Source: an uncultured bacterium (GTDB lineage Bacteria > Caldisericota > Caldisericia > B22-G15). Taken from it: 39,185 nt of DNA. The first letter of the stretch is position 1, and each line of letters starts with the position of its first letter. Shown here one piece after another: positions 9,734-19,462 of the stretch. The notes beneath the pieces were generated by a model. It saw nothing but the letters and a program-made list of their open reading frames with translations, was not told the DNA's origin and ran no database searches. Both the position numbers and the translations under genes were made by a program. Where the stretch lies: contig CBFDTJ010000005.1 of the NCBI GenBank assembly GCA_965612865.1, forward strand, positions 1 to 39,185, written 5' to 3'.

Positions 9734-10693
9734 ATGAAGGATAGATTTGGAAGAGAAATTGATTATTTAAGAATATCTGTTACCGATAGATGTAATTTTA
9801 AGTGCTTCTATTGCGTTCCGAGAGAAAAATTCAAATACATTCCACACAATGAAATACTGAGATACGAAGAAATACTGAAACTTATAAAAATATTTGTCTC
9901 CCTTGGAATCAAAAAAGTAAGAATAACTGGCGGGGAGCCTCTTATAAGAAAAGACATAGAGAAGTTGTTCTTTGAGTTAATAAAACTAAAAGGGGTGGAA
10001 AAATTATCTATAACAACAAATGGGTACTTTTTAACTAAATTCATTCCCATTTTTTCAAAAACAGGGGTGTCTGTAAATGTAAGTCTTGACACACTGGACA
10101 AGGAGAAATTTATAAAAATTACCGGTGTTGACGGATTAAAGAATGTGCTTGAGGGACTCAGAGAGGGAAAAAGGAATAATGTAAATATAAAGTTAAATAC
10201 TGTGCTTATGAGGAGCAATCTTGATGAAGTGGAGAAACTTGTGGAGTTTGCCTCCTCTCTTTCCTTTCCCATAAGGTTTATAGAACTTATGCCCTTCTCC
10301 AATAAAGATTTGTGGAAAAAGGAGTATGTACCTCAGGATGAACTTGTTAAGATTCTATCAAAGAGGTGGAGTATAGAAAAATACAATAAGAAGATGGGCG
10401 AGGGTCCCAGCGTATACTACAGAATAAAAGAAAACGGAGTTGTCATTGGATTTATATCCCCGATATCTCACAATTTCTGTGATAAGTGCAACAGAGTAAG
10501 ACTCACATCTGATGGCTTTCTATATCCATGTCTATCAAGGGAATTAAAGTTCAACCTCAAAAAACCCCTAAGGGAAGGAAAAAGTGGAGACTACATAAGA
10601 GAAAAAATAAGAGAAATAATATACAATAAACCCTTCTCATATCTTATGGACGAGAAGGAACCAGAAACATCTATAAGGAGGATTGGGGGATGA
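9734..10693 (+). CDS. moaA: GTP 3',8-cyclase
   Basis: Begins MKDRFGR; YLRISVTDRCNFKCFYC, FCDKCNRVRLTSDG and C-terminal IGG. The ORF-track start at 9683 lies inside the tRNA, so ATG 9734 is used. Confidence 0.95.
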   Translation: MKDRFGREIDYLRISVTDRCNFKCFYCVPREKFKYIPHNEILRYEEILKLIKIFVSLGIKKVRITGGEPLIRKDIEKLFFELIKLKGVEKLSITTNGYFLTKFIPIFSKTGVSVNVSLDTLDKEKFIKITGVDGLKNVLEGLREGKRNNVNIKLNTVLMRSNLDEVEKLVEFASSLSFPIRFIELMPFSNKDLWKKEYVPQDELVKILSKRWSIEKYNKKMGEGPSVYYRIKENGVVIGFISPISHNFCDKCNRVRLTSDGFLYPCLSRELKFNLKKPLREGKSGDYIREKIREIIYNKPFSYLMDEKEPETSIRRIGG

Positions 10694-11544
10694 AAAATAT
10701 TGATGTTGGAAAAAAGAAAGATACAGAGAGGAAAGCCACCGCCATCGGAAGACTATTTACAACGCCAGAGGTTATAAAACTTATAAAAGAGGGAAAAACT
10801 GAGAAAGGAGATGTCATAACTGTTTCTGAAACTGTTGGCATGCTTGGAGTGAAGATGGTCCCTCAGATTCTTCCCTTCTGTCACCCTCTTCTTATAACAA
10901 ACATAGAGTTTGAAACAACCCTCTTTGATGAAGGCATTATCGAAGTTAAAGGGACTGTAAAAAATGTTGGAAAAACAGGAGTGGAGATAGAGGCAATAAC
11001 AGGTGTCACTTTTGCTCTTCTCAATATGTATGACATGATAAAAAGGGTCGATAGATGGGTAAGTATTGGAGATATTAAATTGATGGAGAAAAGCGGCGGG
11101 AAAAGTGGGCATGTAAAGAGGGATTACGAGTATGAAGGAATTGTTCTTCAGGTGGCAAAGAGTGAGAAAAGAGGGTTAAAGGAAAAAAGAGAAGAGATAA
11201 ATTTGATAAAAGGTTCTGGAGTTGAGGGTGATGTTCATGCTGGAACAGAGAGAGAAGTCTCCATCTTTCCAATAGAGTGTATGAAGAATGTGCCAGAAAA
11301 AATAAGGAAAACTATAAATCCGTTTGATATGACAGAGAATATAATGATAATGGGTATACCTCCATTTCTGTTGAAGGAGGGGAAAAAATTGAGGATAGGG
11401 AAGGCAGAGATCTTAATAACAGAGATAGGCAAGGAAAAATTTGTAAACGCGGGAAAGCCTTACATTGTATCCAGAGAAGGAAGGTTTGGAAAAGTAATAA
11501 CTGGAGGAAAGGTAAGGATAGGGGATAGGGTGATTCTACCTTAA
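10690..11544 (+). CDS. moaC: MoaC-MOSC domain fusion
   Basis: KGDV, LPFCHPL, TGVEIEAITG, YDMIK and KSGGKSG, followed by a MOSC-like domain (GVEGDVHAG, REVS, ENI, REG..G.V..GG.V..GD). Confidence 0.88.
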   Translation: MKNIDVGKKKDTERKATAIGRLFTTPEVIKLIKEGKTEKGDVITVSETVGMLGVKMVPQILPFCHPLLITNIEFETTLFDEGIIEVKGTVKNVGKTGVEIEAITGVTFALLNMYDMIKRVDRWVSIGDIKLMEKSGGKSGHVKRDYEYEGIVLQVAKSEKRGLKEKREEINLIKGSGVEGDVHAGTEREVSIFPIECMKNVPEKIRKTINPFDMTENIMIMGIPPFLLKEGKKLRIGKAEILITEIGKEKFVNAGKPYIVSREGRFGKVITGGKVRIGDRVILP

Positions 11545-11545
11545 A

Positions 11546-12520
11546 ATGCCAGCAAATCTTCCACCACAGTTTTACCAACTGGAAAGAGAGTACAGGGAAA
11601 AGAAGACCATAAAAGAAAAGATTGAGGTCTTAAAGAAGATGTATGCAATAATGCCAAAACACAAAGGAACTGATAAACTTCAGGCGGAAATAAAGGCAAG
11701 AATATCAAAACTCAGGGAGGAGCTGGAAAACGAGAAAAAGCGTGGTGGAAAGAGAAATTTCATTCACATAGAAAAAGAGGGAGCAGGACAGATTGTGCTT
11801 GTGGGTCCACCCAATACTGGAAAATCCACAATTCTTTCGATGCTTTCAAATGCAAGACCAGAGATAGGAGATTATCCCTTTACTACAAAAACTCCATGTG
11901 TGGGAATGGTTCCCTTCGAAGACATACAGCTTCAAATGGTCGATTTACCCCCCATTGCAGAGGGTAGTATTCCCTTCTGGGTTGTGGAGATAGTAAGAAA
12001 CTCAGATCTTGTGCTTATTGTTCTCTCTTTTGACCTAAACATTGAAGAGGAATTTAAGAAATTAACTGAACTTCTCCGGGAGAAAAAAATTGAGGTGGTT
12101 AGAGAACCCTCTGAAGAAGGAATATTTGGAATGATAAAAAAGAAGGGAATTGTCTTTATAAATAAAAAAGATGAGGCTGAGGATGTTGATTTAGTAAAAT
12201 CCAATCTTTCATTAAAGGTTCTCTCTGGCTCATCTTTTGACGAAAAAGACCTTGATGAGTTAAAGAGAGTTCTTTTTGAAGAGTTGGGTATCATAAGAGT
12301 TTACACAAAGGAGCCGGGGAAACCTCCTGACTTTAAGGATCCCATTATCCTCAAGGAGGGAGCAACAGTTTATGATGCAGCAGAGAGACTGCACAAGGAA
12401 ATAGCAAGGAAATTAAAGTATGCAAGGCTCTGGGGATCAAGTAAATTTGACGGACAGAGAGTGTTTAAAAATCAGGTACTCAAAGATAAGGACATTGTTG
12501 AGTTTCACACAAAAAAGTGA
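11546..12520 (+). CDS. DRG/OBG-family GTPase with C-terminal TGS domain
   Basis: PKHKGT, GPPNTGKST, YPFTT, DLP, NKKD, IRVYTK and the TGS end L.D.DIVE.H. Confidence 0.9.
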   Translation: MPANLPPQFYQLEREYREKKTIKEKIEVLKKMYAIMPKHKGTDKLQAEIKARISKLREELENEKKRGGKRNFIHIEKEGAGQIVLVGPPNTGKSTILSMLSNARPEIGDYPFTTKTPCVGMVPFEDIQLQMVDLPPIAEGSIPFWVVEIVRNSDLVLIVLSFDLNIEEEFKKLTELLREKKIEVVREPSEEGIFGMIKKKGIVFINKKDEAEDVDLVKSNLSLKVLSGSSFDEKDLDELKRVLFEELGIIRVYTKEPGKPPDFKDPIILKEGATVYDAAERLHKEIARKLKYARLWGSSKFDGQRVFKNQVLKDKDIVEFHTKK

Positions 12521-12540
12521 GTGGTGGTAGAATATAAGAG

Positions 12541-13749
12541 ATGGGAAATTTCCTTTATCTACCTACGATTAAAGAATTGATAATGATAGCTGTGGGTTTA
12601 TCCCTTGTTTTTATCTCTGTAAAGAAGAAGTATGAGCCTCTACTTCTACTTCCCATAGGTATTGGAATCCTTCTTGTAAACCTGCCCTTTTCTCCTTTAA
12701 GAGAAACTGGATCAATATTTGACATTCTCTTTAGATATGGAATAAAAAATGAACTCTTTCCGCTCCTTATATTTATAAGCATTGGTGCAATGATTGATTT
12801 TAAGCCTCTTATTGAAAAACCCTGGATGGTTGTGTTTGGAGCAGTTGGGCAGTTCGGAATATTTGGTGCAATGATCATTGCTCTTCTCCTCGGGTTTACT
12901 CTCTTTCAGAGCGCATCCATTGGAATAATTGGAAGTGCAGACGGACCAACATCCATATTCGTAACCAGCAAACTCGCACCAAAAATTCTTGGTCCTGTAA
13001 CCCTCGCAGCATATTCATATATGGCGCTTGTTCCACTGATCCAGCCACCCATTATGAAGTTTCTCACAACAGAAAGAGAGAGAAAAGTGCGAATGGACAC
13101 AGAGAGGGTGAAAGTATCTCCTTTTATGGAAAAGTTGTTTCCTTATTTAATAATAATCATCTCTGCAGTGGTAAGCCCCATGAGTATTCCCCTTGTGGGC
13201 TTTCTAATGTTTGGAAACATACTCTCTACTTCTGGAGCAACAGACATGCTTGCAAAAGCAGCAAAGGAGTACCTCTCTGGAATTGTGACCCTTTTTCTTG
13301 GAATTGCAGTTGGTTCCACCATGAAAGCGAGTATTTTTTTAACAAGAGAAACTCTCCTTATATTCATTCTGGGTCTTGTGGCATTCTCCCTTTCAACAGT
13401 TGTTGGAATACTCTTAGGTAAACTGCTCCTTTTATTTGGAATAAAGGTAAATCCATTAATTGGAGCTGCAGGATTATCCTCTTTTCCCATGTCTGCAAGG
13501 CTTGTTCATCAGATAGGGAGAGAGGAGGATAAACACAACTTCCTTCTTATGCACGCCATAGGAGCAAACACATCAGGACAAATTGCATCTGTTGTTGCAG
13601 GAGGTGTCCTTCTTGAGCTTGTAATGAAATATGGAAATACAGGAGGAATTGGGATAGGCTTAAATATCCTGCTTCTCGGTATGTTAAAGGTATTTATTGT
13701 ACTTTCCCTTATCGGGATAATCACATATATTTTGAGAAAACTATTTTAA
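12541..13749 (+). CDS. Na+-translocating decarboxylase beta subunit (OadB/MmdB family) with extra C-terminal helix
   Basis: YEPLLLLPIG, PLLIF..IGAMIDF, SIGIIGSADGPT, AAYSYMALVPLIQPP, NPLIGAAG.S..PMSAR and NFLLMHAIGAN. Confidence 0.92.
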   Translation: MGNFLYLPTIKELIMIAVGLSLVFISVKKKYEPLLLLPIGIGILLVNLPFSPLRETGSIFDILFRYGIKNELFPLLIFISIGAMIDFKPLIEKPWMVVFGAVGQFGIFGAMIIALLLGFTLFQSASIGIIGSADGPTSIFVTSKLAPKILGPVTLAAYSYMALVPLIQPPIMKFLTTERERKVRMDTERVKVSPFMEKLFPYLIIIISAVVSPMSIPLVGFLMFGNILSTSGATDMLAKAAKEYLSGIVTLFLGIAVGSTMKASIFLTRETLLIFILGLVAFSLSTVVGILLGKLLLLFGIKVNPLIGAAGLSSFPMSARLVHQIGREEDKHNFLLMHAIGANTSGQIASVVAGGVLLELVMKYGNTGGIGIGLNILLLGMLKVFIVLSLIGIITYILRKLF

Positions 13750-13791
13750 CAAAAGGTTGATTAGTCTTTAAAATTGAGGTATTTTTGAATT

Positions 13792-14649
13792 ATGAAAAGA
13801 ATTTTCATTTTTGTGATTCTACTTGTGGTTATTTTTTCAGGGTGTGGCAAAAGAGAAGTTAAGAAAAAGGTGGTATCAGCCACAATATTTCCTGTATATG
13901 ACTTTGTAAGGAATCTGGTGGATGGAACGGACATTGAGGTAAACCTTATAGTTCCTCCAGGGGAAAGTCCTCACACATTCTCCTTAACACCGGGAGAAGT
14001 TAAAAAAATTGAGGGAAGCAGAATCATCTTCTATAACGACTTTGGACTTGACGAGTGGATTATATCAAGCGCAGAAAGTGTTGGTGTTAAAAATATTGTT
14101 AATGTGAACAGGAGTTTAACTCCCATCAATAACAATCCTCACTTCTGGCTTTCCATCCCTTATGCTATAAAGGAGTGTGAGGTGATAAAAGATTCTCTCA
14201 TAAAGGAATTTCCAGAATATAAAGAGGTCATCGAGAAAAACTTTATAGACTACAGGGAAAAACTATTCAAACTTCATAACAGGATAAAAAAATCCATAGA
14301 TAAACTTGAGACAAAAAAGATAATTACATATCACCCCGCATACCTTTACTTTGCCAGGGAGTATGGGTTAAATGTTCTCTCTGTCATTGAAAACTCCCCG
14401 GGAAAAGAACCAACACCAAAAAAGATAGCAGAGATTGAGGATATTATAAGAGAGGAGAATGTTAAAGCGCTTTTTATAGAACCTCAACTCTCTTCATCTG
14501 TGGTTGATGGGATTGCCATCGATACGGGTATAAAAGTATTTTCCCTTGATCCCCTGGGCGGAACACCTGGAAGGGATTCATACATAAAACTTATGAATTA
14601 TAATCTAAACACCATACTGGAGGCTTTAAGTGAAGATTGTGGATGTTAA
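13792..14649 (+). CDS. znuA: Zn/Mn ABC transporter substrate-binding lipoprotein
   Basis: Lipobox FSGC; three His ligand motifs SPHTF, NPHFWLS and YHPAY.YF; EPTPK. Confidence 0.88.
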   Translation: MKRIFIFVILLVVIFSGCGKREVKKKVVSATIFPVYDFVRNLVDGTDIEVNLIVPPGESPHTFSLTPGEVKKIEGSRIIFYNDFGLDEWIISSAESVGVKNIVNVNRSLTPINNNPHFWLSIPYAIKECEVIKDSLIKEFPEYKEVIEKNFIDYREKLFKLHNRIKKSIDKLETKKIITYHPAYLYFAREYGLNVLSVIENSPGKEPTPKKIAEIEDIIREENVKALFIEPQLSSSVVDGIAIDTGIKVFSLDPLGGTPGRDSYIKLMNYNLNTILEALSEDCGC

Positions 14650-15397
14650 GGGGGTAAGTGTTGAGTTTGGGAGAAGAAAAATACTGGATAACATAAACTT
14701 TCAGCTTGATAGAGGTGAATTTTTAATAATAATCGGACCCAATGGTGCAGGTAAGTCTACTCTTCTTAAGGCAATACTTGGATTAATCCCATTTAAAGGT
14801 GAAATCCATATATTTGGAAAAGACATAAGAAAACTCTCACGGAAGGAGAGGGAAAGGATTGGATATGTGCCACAGAAATTCCTTCACGAGAGGGAATTTC
14901 CAATAACAGTTGAGGAACTCATAAACCTATCCATAGGAAAGGTGGAAAGAAGGGAGGAGATAGTAAATAACTTCCTCTCTTTACTGGGAATAGAGGATTT
15001 AAGAAAAAAACTCATTGGAGAATTATCAGGTGGACAGCTCCAGAGAGTTTTTATAACAAGGGCACTTGTTCGATCTCCTGAGATTCTAATAATGGATGAA
15101 CCTCTATCGGGTATAGACATTTCAGGAGAAAAAACCTTCTATGAACTTGTCAACTTCCTTCACAGGGAGCTTAAGATATCCATAATTCTCGTATCTCATG
15201 ATGTAACAGTTGTGGACAGGTTTGCAGATAAAGTTTTGTGTTTAAATAAGAGAATGGTTTGTTTTGGAAAACCACGGGAGGTGCTGTCTGAGAAATCTCT
15301 TGAGTCTCTCTACGGTAAGGAGATGGGAATCTACAAACACAAACCCTGTCCCGAAGATGGACCCTGTAAACTTTTTGTGGAGGATGGTGATGTTTAG
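14630..15397 (+). CDS. znuC: Metal ABC transporter ATP-binding protein
   Basis: GPNGAGKST, IGYVPQ, LSGGQLQR, MDEP, VSHD and VLCLN. Confidence 0.9.
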   Translation: MKIVDVKGVSVEFGRRKILDNINFQLDRGEFLIIIGPNGAGKSTLLKAILGLIPFKGEIHIFGKDIRKLSRKERERIGYVPQKFLHEREFPITVEELINLSIGKVERREEIVNNFLSLLGIEDLRKKLIGELSGGQLQRVFITRALVRSPEILIMDEPLSGIDISGEKTFYELVNFLHRELKISIILVSHDVTVVDRFADKVLCLNKRMVCFGKPREVLSEKSLESLYGKEMGIYKHKPCPEDGPCKLFVEDGDV

Positions 15398-16193
15398 CTA
15401 TCCATTTATGGTAAGAGCGATAATAGCTGGAATTATAACCGGTGCCCTTGCTGGTTTTATAGGTGTTTTTGTGGTTTTAAGGAAAATGTCTTTCTACGCC
15501 AATGCCATAGCCCATGCATCCCTTTCAGGTGTTGCTCTTGGTTTCTTCCTCTCTGTTGATCCCTTCCTCTCAGCCATGGCTGTGGGTTCCCTTGTTTCCC
15601 TCGGAATAGGTTACCTATTTCATAAAACCTCCCTCTTTATGGATACAGTGATAGGGATTTTTCTCCCTGTGAGTATGGCAATAGGAATAATCCTTTTTGG
15701 CCTCACAAGGGGATACAAACCTGAGCTTATAACCTACCTATTTGGAAGTATATTATCAGTCTCTTTATCAAACCTCCTGCTTTCCTCTGTTGTAGGTATT
15801 GTGTTTTTAATATTTGCAATTATTGTATTTAAGGATATGACGATGATTTCCTTTGACGAGGAGTGTGCAAAGGCAAGAGGGATAAATGTTACCCTTATAG
15901 ATACATTTTTCCTCATATTTCTCTCTCTTATAGTTGTGATTGGAACAAAAACAGTTGGAATAGTTTTGATTTCAGCCCTTATCGTTATTCCCGCAGCTTC
16001 TGCGCGTCTTATAAGTAGAAGTTTTAAGGAAATGATAATTTATTCAGTGGTTTTTGGGGTTATCTCCAGCTTCTTTGGATTAACCATTTCCTATTATACG
16101 AACCTTCCTTCTGGCGCAACTATTGTTATCATCCTCTCATTGATATTTGTCTTCTCCCTTTTAAGGCAAAGGTTCTCCTATGAAAAAATTTAG
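15390..16193 (+). CDS. znuB: Metal ABC transporter permease
   Basis: FMVRA, AIAHASLSG, YLFGSILSV and VG..LISAL.VIPAA.A; start reassigned to ATG 15390 after a GGAGGA SD. Confidence 0.9.
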   Translation: MFSYPFMVRAIIAGIITGALAGFIGVFVVLRKMSFYANAIAHASLSGVALGFFLSVDPFLSAMAVGSLVSLGIGYLFHKTSLFMDTVIGIFLPVSMAIGIILFGLTRGYKPELITYLFGSILSVSLSNLLLSSVVGIVFLIFAIIVFKDMTMISFDEECAKARGINVTLIDTFFLIFLSLIVVIGTKTVGIVLISALIVIPAASARLISRSFKEMIIYSVVFGVISSFFGLTISYYTNLPSGATIVIILSLIFVFSLLRQRFSYEKI

Positions 16194-17052
16194 ATGGCTT
16201 TTCTTTCTAATTTCAATCCTTTTTCTCTTTGGATTAACATACATCTTCAGATGGAACACCTATTACCTCTTTACAAACCCGTACTTCATCGCTCTATCTT
16301 TTGCTCTAATACTCTGCCTGTCAGTTCTGTCTGGAATTAAATTAAAGGTATCAATCCTTGTAACCTTTTTAATCCTTTTTTTGCTTTTTTCCTTCAGTCT
16401 GTATCTTTTGAAATTGGAAAAAAATAGAGAAGTTCCTTTCTCAGAATCAATAATTGAAAGAATTAAAGGGGAGGAGAAAGAATTTCACTCATATTTAACA
16501 CTTACAAGTGGAAAATTGAAGATAGGAGCAACTGTGGGGGAAAACCTATTTATTTTTGATTACTATGCTCCTGTTAAACTATTTCACAAGTATCTGATTA
16601 AAAACGGAATTTCACTTTTTACAGTAAAGGAAGTGGGCTTCTTCGAAAATGATTATGAAAGGAATGAGTGGGAACTTTACATAAATAAAGGTGTTAACTC
16701 GAAGATCTTTGTGAGAGGAAAAGTTTTAAAAGGAGATATAAACCTCTTAGAAATTCCTGTAAAAGAAATCAAAATAAAGGGAAAAGCTCTACATCTAAAT
16801 ATGAAGTTGGGGAAAAAGGAAAGTATCGTCAAGGTGGACATAGATTCAGTGTCATTTATGGGAAAAATTGAAATCCCACCTGACTTTTATGTTGAAGTGA
16901 GATTCAGCACCCCATACACACTTTTTGATGGTAAAAACTTTAAAAAAATAGGGAAAGGTGTGTATGCAAAAGAAGGTGGTAATGGTAGAATTTATATAAG
17001 TGTAAAAGGAAAAGGAACAATACTTACCATTGAGGAGGAGAATCATGATTAA
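16180..17052 (+). CDS. Hypothetical membrane protein with beta-rich C-terminal domain
   Basis: Three N-terminal TM helices followed by beta-strand repeats loosely resembling the toast-rack/DUF2154 type; overlaps both neighbours. Confidence 0.6.
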   Translation: MKKFRWLFFLISILFLFGLTYIFRWNTYYLFTNPYFIALSFALILCLSVLSGIKLKVSILVTFLILFLLFSFSLYLLKLEKNREVPFSESIIERIKGEEKEFHSYLTLTSGKLKIGATVGENLFIFDYYAPVKLFHKYLIKNGISLFTVKEVGFFENDYERNEWELYINKGVNSKIFVRGKVLKGDINLLEIPVKEIKIKGKALHLNMKLGKKESIVKVDIDSVSFMGKIEIPPDFYVEVRFSTPYTLFDGKNFKKIGKGVYAKEGGNGRIYISVKGKGTILTIEEENHD

Positions 17053-18211
17053 CGTAATTATTACAGGTATAACCTCTTTTTTAACAGATGTAAGTAGTGA
17101 AATGTTCTATCCCTTAATATCTCTCTATCTGGTTGCTCTTGGTTCAGGACCAGAGATAATAGGAGTTATTGAGGGAATTGCTGAGAGTCTTGCAAGCTTG
17201 CTTAAAGTCTTTTCCGGTCATATCTCAGACAAGATTGGGAAGAGAAAACCCCTTGCAATACTTGGATATTCCTCATCAACTATTGGGAAAGTGCTTATGT
17301 TTCTTGCGTCAAGCTGGCCTGGAGTGCTTCTTGGAAGAATAACAGATAGATTTGGAAAGGGATTAAGAACAGCTCCAAGGGATGCACTTATTGCAGAATC
17401 AGTAAAGGAGAAGAGGGGAGCAGCTTTTGGCCTTCATAGAACTCTTGATACCCTTGGAGCATTCACTGGAGTACTTATTGCAATATGGTTTATGAGAAGA
17501 TACGAACTTGAATCAATAAAGGGGAGCACAGAAGTATTAAAGAATTATCTACCTGCATTTAAATCTCTACTTCTCTTAAGCCTTATCCCTGCAATTCTCG
17601 GTATCGTTGTTCTCTTCTTTGCCAGAGAAACCGGGGGAGGGAAACTTGCAAAGAAACTCGTCTTTAAGTGGAAGGAACTTCCTTCAAAACTGAAGGGATT
17701 TTTAATTGTAACCTTTATCTTTACCCTTGGGAATTCATCAAATCAATTCCTTCTCCTCAGGGCAAAAACCATAGGTTTCTCTGTAGTTTCAGTGCTTCTA
17801 CTCTACTTAACCTACAATGCAGTTTATGCACTCTTCTCCTATCCTGCAGGAAGACTTTCAGATAGAATTGGTAGAAAATGGATAATTGTTATCGGTTATC
17901 TTACTTATGGACTCGTGTACATACTCTTTTCACTCACAAAGAATCCACTGTTTATATACATTCTCTTTGGAATATATGGAATCTACATGGGGCTTACTGA
18001 AGGAGTCTCCAAGGCACTTGTATCTGACATTGCACCAAAGGATTTAAAGGCAACACTTATAGGACTTCATGCAACACTTGTTGGTATAGGTCTATTTCCT
18101 GCATCTTTAATTGCAGGGATTCTCTGGCAGAGAATTTCTCCTGTGGCTACATTTATGTTTGGTGGAGCCATGGGAATAATTGCCGCCATTGGAATGATGC
18201 TCGTTTTGTAA
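17045..18211 (+). CDS. MFS transporter
   Basis: SFLTDVSSEM, G.ISDKIGKRK, DRFGKGLRTAPRDALIA and GRLSDRIGRK; start ATG 17045 after GAGGAG. Confidence 0.9.
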   Translation: MINVIITGITSFLTDVSSEMFYPLISLYLVALGSGPEIIGVIEGIAESLASLLKVFSGHISDKIGKRKPLAILGYSSSTIGKVLMFLASSWPGVLLGRITDRFGKGLRTAPRDALIAESVKEKRGAAFGLHRTLDTLGAFTGVLIAIWFMRRYELESIKGSTEVLKNYLPAFKSLLLLSLIPAILGIVVLFFARETGGGKLAKKLVFKWKELPSKLKGFLIVTFIFTLGNSSNQFLLLRAKTIGFSVVSVLLLYLTYNAVYALFSYPAGRLSDRIGRKWIIVIGYLTYGLVYILFSLTKNPLFIYILFGIYGIYMGLTEGVSKALVSDIAPKDLKATLIGLHATLVGIGLFPASLIAGILWQRISPVATFMFGGAMGIIAAIGMMLVL

Positions 18212-18223
18212 AAGGAGGATTGT

Positions 18224-19462
18224 ATGTCTTTTGTAAAAAAACTCAAGTGTGTGCTGTGTGGAACTGAATATTCACCAGATGAGGTAACCTATACATGTCC
18301 CAAGTGTGGATATGATGGTGTCCTTGAGGTCATATATGATTATGAAAGGATAAAAGAAACATTTACTCCCAAAAAATTAAAAGAGAGACCCTTAAACATA
18401 TGGAGATACATGGAACTTCTTCCAGTTGAAGAAAAAGGAACTTTTCCACCATTATCTATCGGCTGGACTCCCCTATACGAAGTTAAACGTTTAAGGGAAA
18501 AACTTAATCTTAAAAATCTCTTCATAAAGGATGACGGTAAAAATCCAACGGCATCTTTAAAGGATAGAGCCTCTGCTGTCGCTGTTAAAAAGGCACTGGA
18601 GAGAGGAGCAAAAGCAATAACCACTGCATCAACAGGGAATGCAGCATCGTCTCTTGCAGGAATTTCAGCCAGTGTAGGACTTCCCTCTTTTATATTTGTC
18701 CCAAAAACTGCCCCAAAGGCAAAAATTGCTCAGCTCCTTGTCTTTGGATCCACAGTTTTTAGTGTAAATGGAACTTACGATGACGCCTTTGATTTGTGTA
18801 TAAAGGCATCAGAGGAATTCGGTTGGTATAACAGAAACACAGCCTTTAATCCATACACCCTGGAAGGTAAAAAAACCGTTTCTCTTGAAATATGGGAGCA
18901 ACTTGGTGGAAAAGCTCCAGATAAAGTCTTTGTATCTGTAGGAGACGGGGTTATATATGGTGGAGTTTATAAGGGATTTTATGATTTATACACCCTTGGT
19001 CTTATAGATAAAATTCCAGAGGTTATAGGAGTTCAGGCAGAGGGTTCTGCTCCCATTGTTAAAGCTTTCAATGAGGGAAAAGAAAGAGTCGCTCCGCTTA
19101 AAAACCCAAAAACCATTGCAGATTCCATATCAGTGGGAATACCGAGGAACGGAACAATGGCATTGAAGTATGCAAGGAAATGGAACGGAAAATTTATATC
19201 AGTTTCAGATAAAGAGATACTCTCCACCATTCCCTTCCTTGGAAAATTAACTGGAGTATTCGGGGAACCGGCAGGAGTTACAGGACTTGCCGGATTAATC
19301 AAGATGTTAAATGAAGGAAAGATTGACAGGGATGAAACAATCGTTGTTATAGTCACAGGAAACGGTCTTAAAGATGTTGAATCTGCAATGAAAAGTGTAG
19401 GAGAGCCAATAATCGTGGAAAACTCCTTTGAAGATGTAAAGAGAAAAATCAAAAACTTTTAA
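18224..19462 (+). CDS. thrC: Threonine synthase (Zn-ribbon type)
   Basis: CxxC..CxxC N-terminus, NPTASLKDR (PLP Lys), ASTGNAA, EGKKT and TGNGLKD. Confidence 0.85.
   Translation: MSFVKKLKCVLCGTEYSPDEVTYTCPKCGYDGVLEVIYDYERIKETFTPKKLKERPLNIWRYMELLPVEEKGTFPPLSIGWTPLYEVKRLREKLNLKNLFIKDDGKNPTASLKDRASAVAVKKALERGAKAITTASTGNAASSLAGISASVGLPSFIFVPKTAPKAKIAQLLVFGSTVFSVNGTYDDAFDLCIKASEEFGWYNRNTAFNPYTLEGKKTVSLEIWEQLGGKAPDKVFVSVGDGVIYGGVYKGFYDLYTLGLIDKIPEVIGVQAEGSAPIVKAFNEGKERVAPLKNPKTIADSISVGIPRNGTMALKYARKWNGKFISVSDKEILSTIPFLGKLTGVFGEPAGVTGLAGLIKMLNEGKIDRDETIVVIVTGNGLKDVESAMKSVGEPIIVENSFEDVKRKIKNF

Noticed and set aside
9700..9740. tRNA 3' end as an integration site for an island
   Set aside because: No integrase and no duplicate of the tRNA 3' end seen in the window.
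15264..15389. ORF-track N-terminal extension of znuB
   Set aside because: It overlaps znuC extensively; the SD and family similarity start at 15390.
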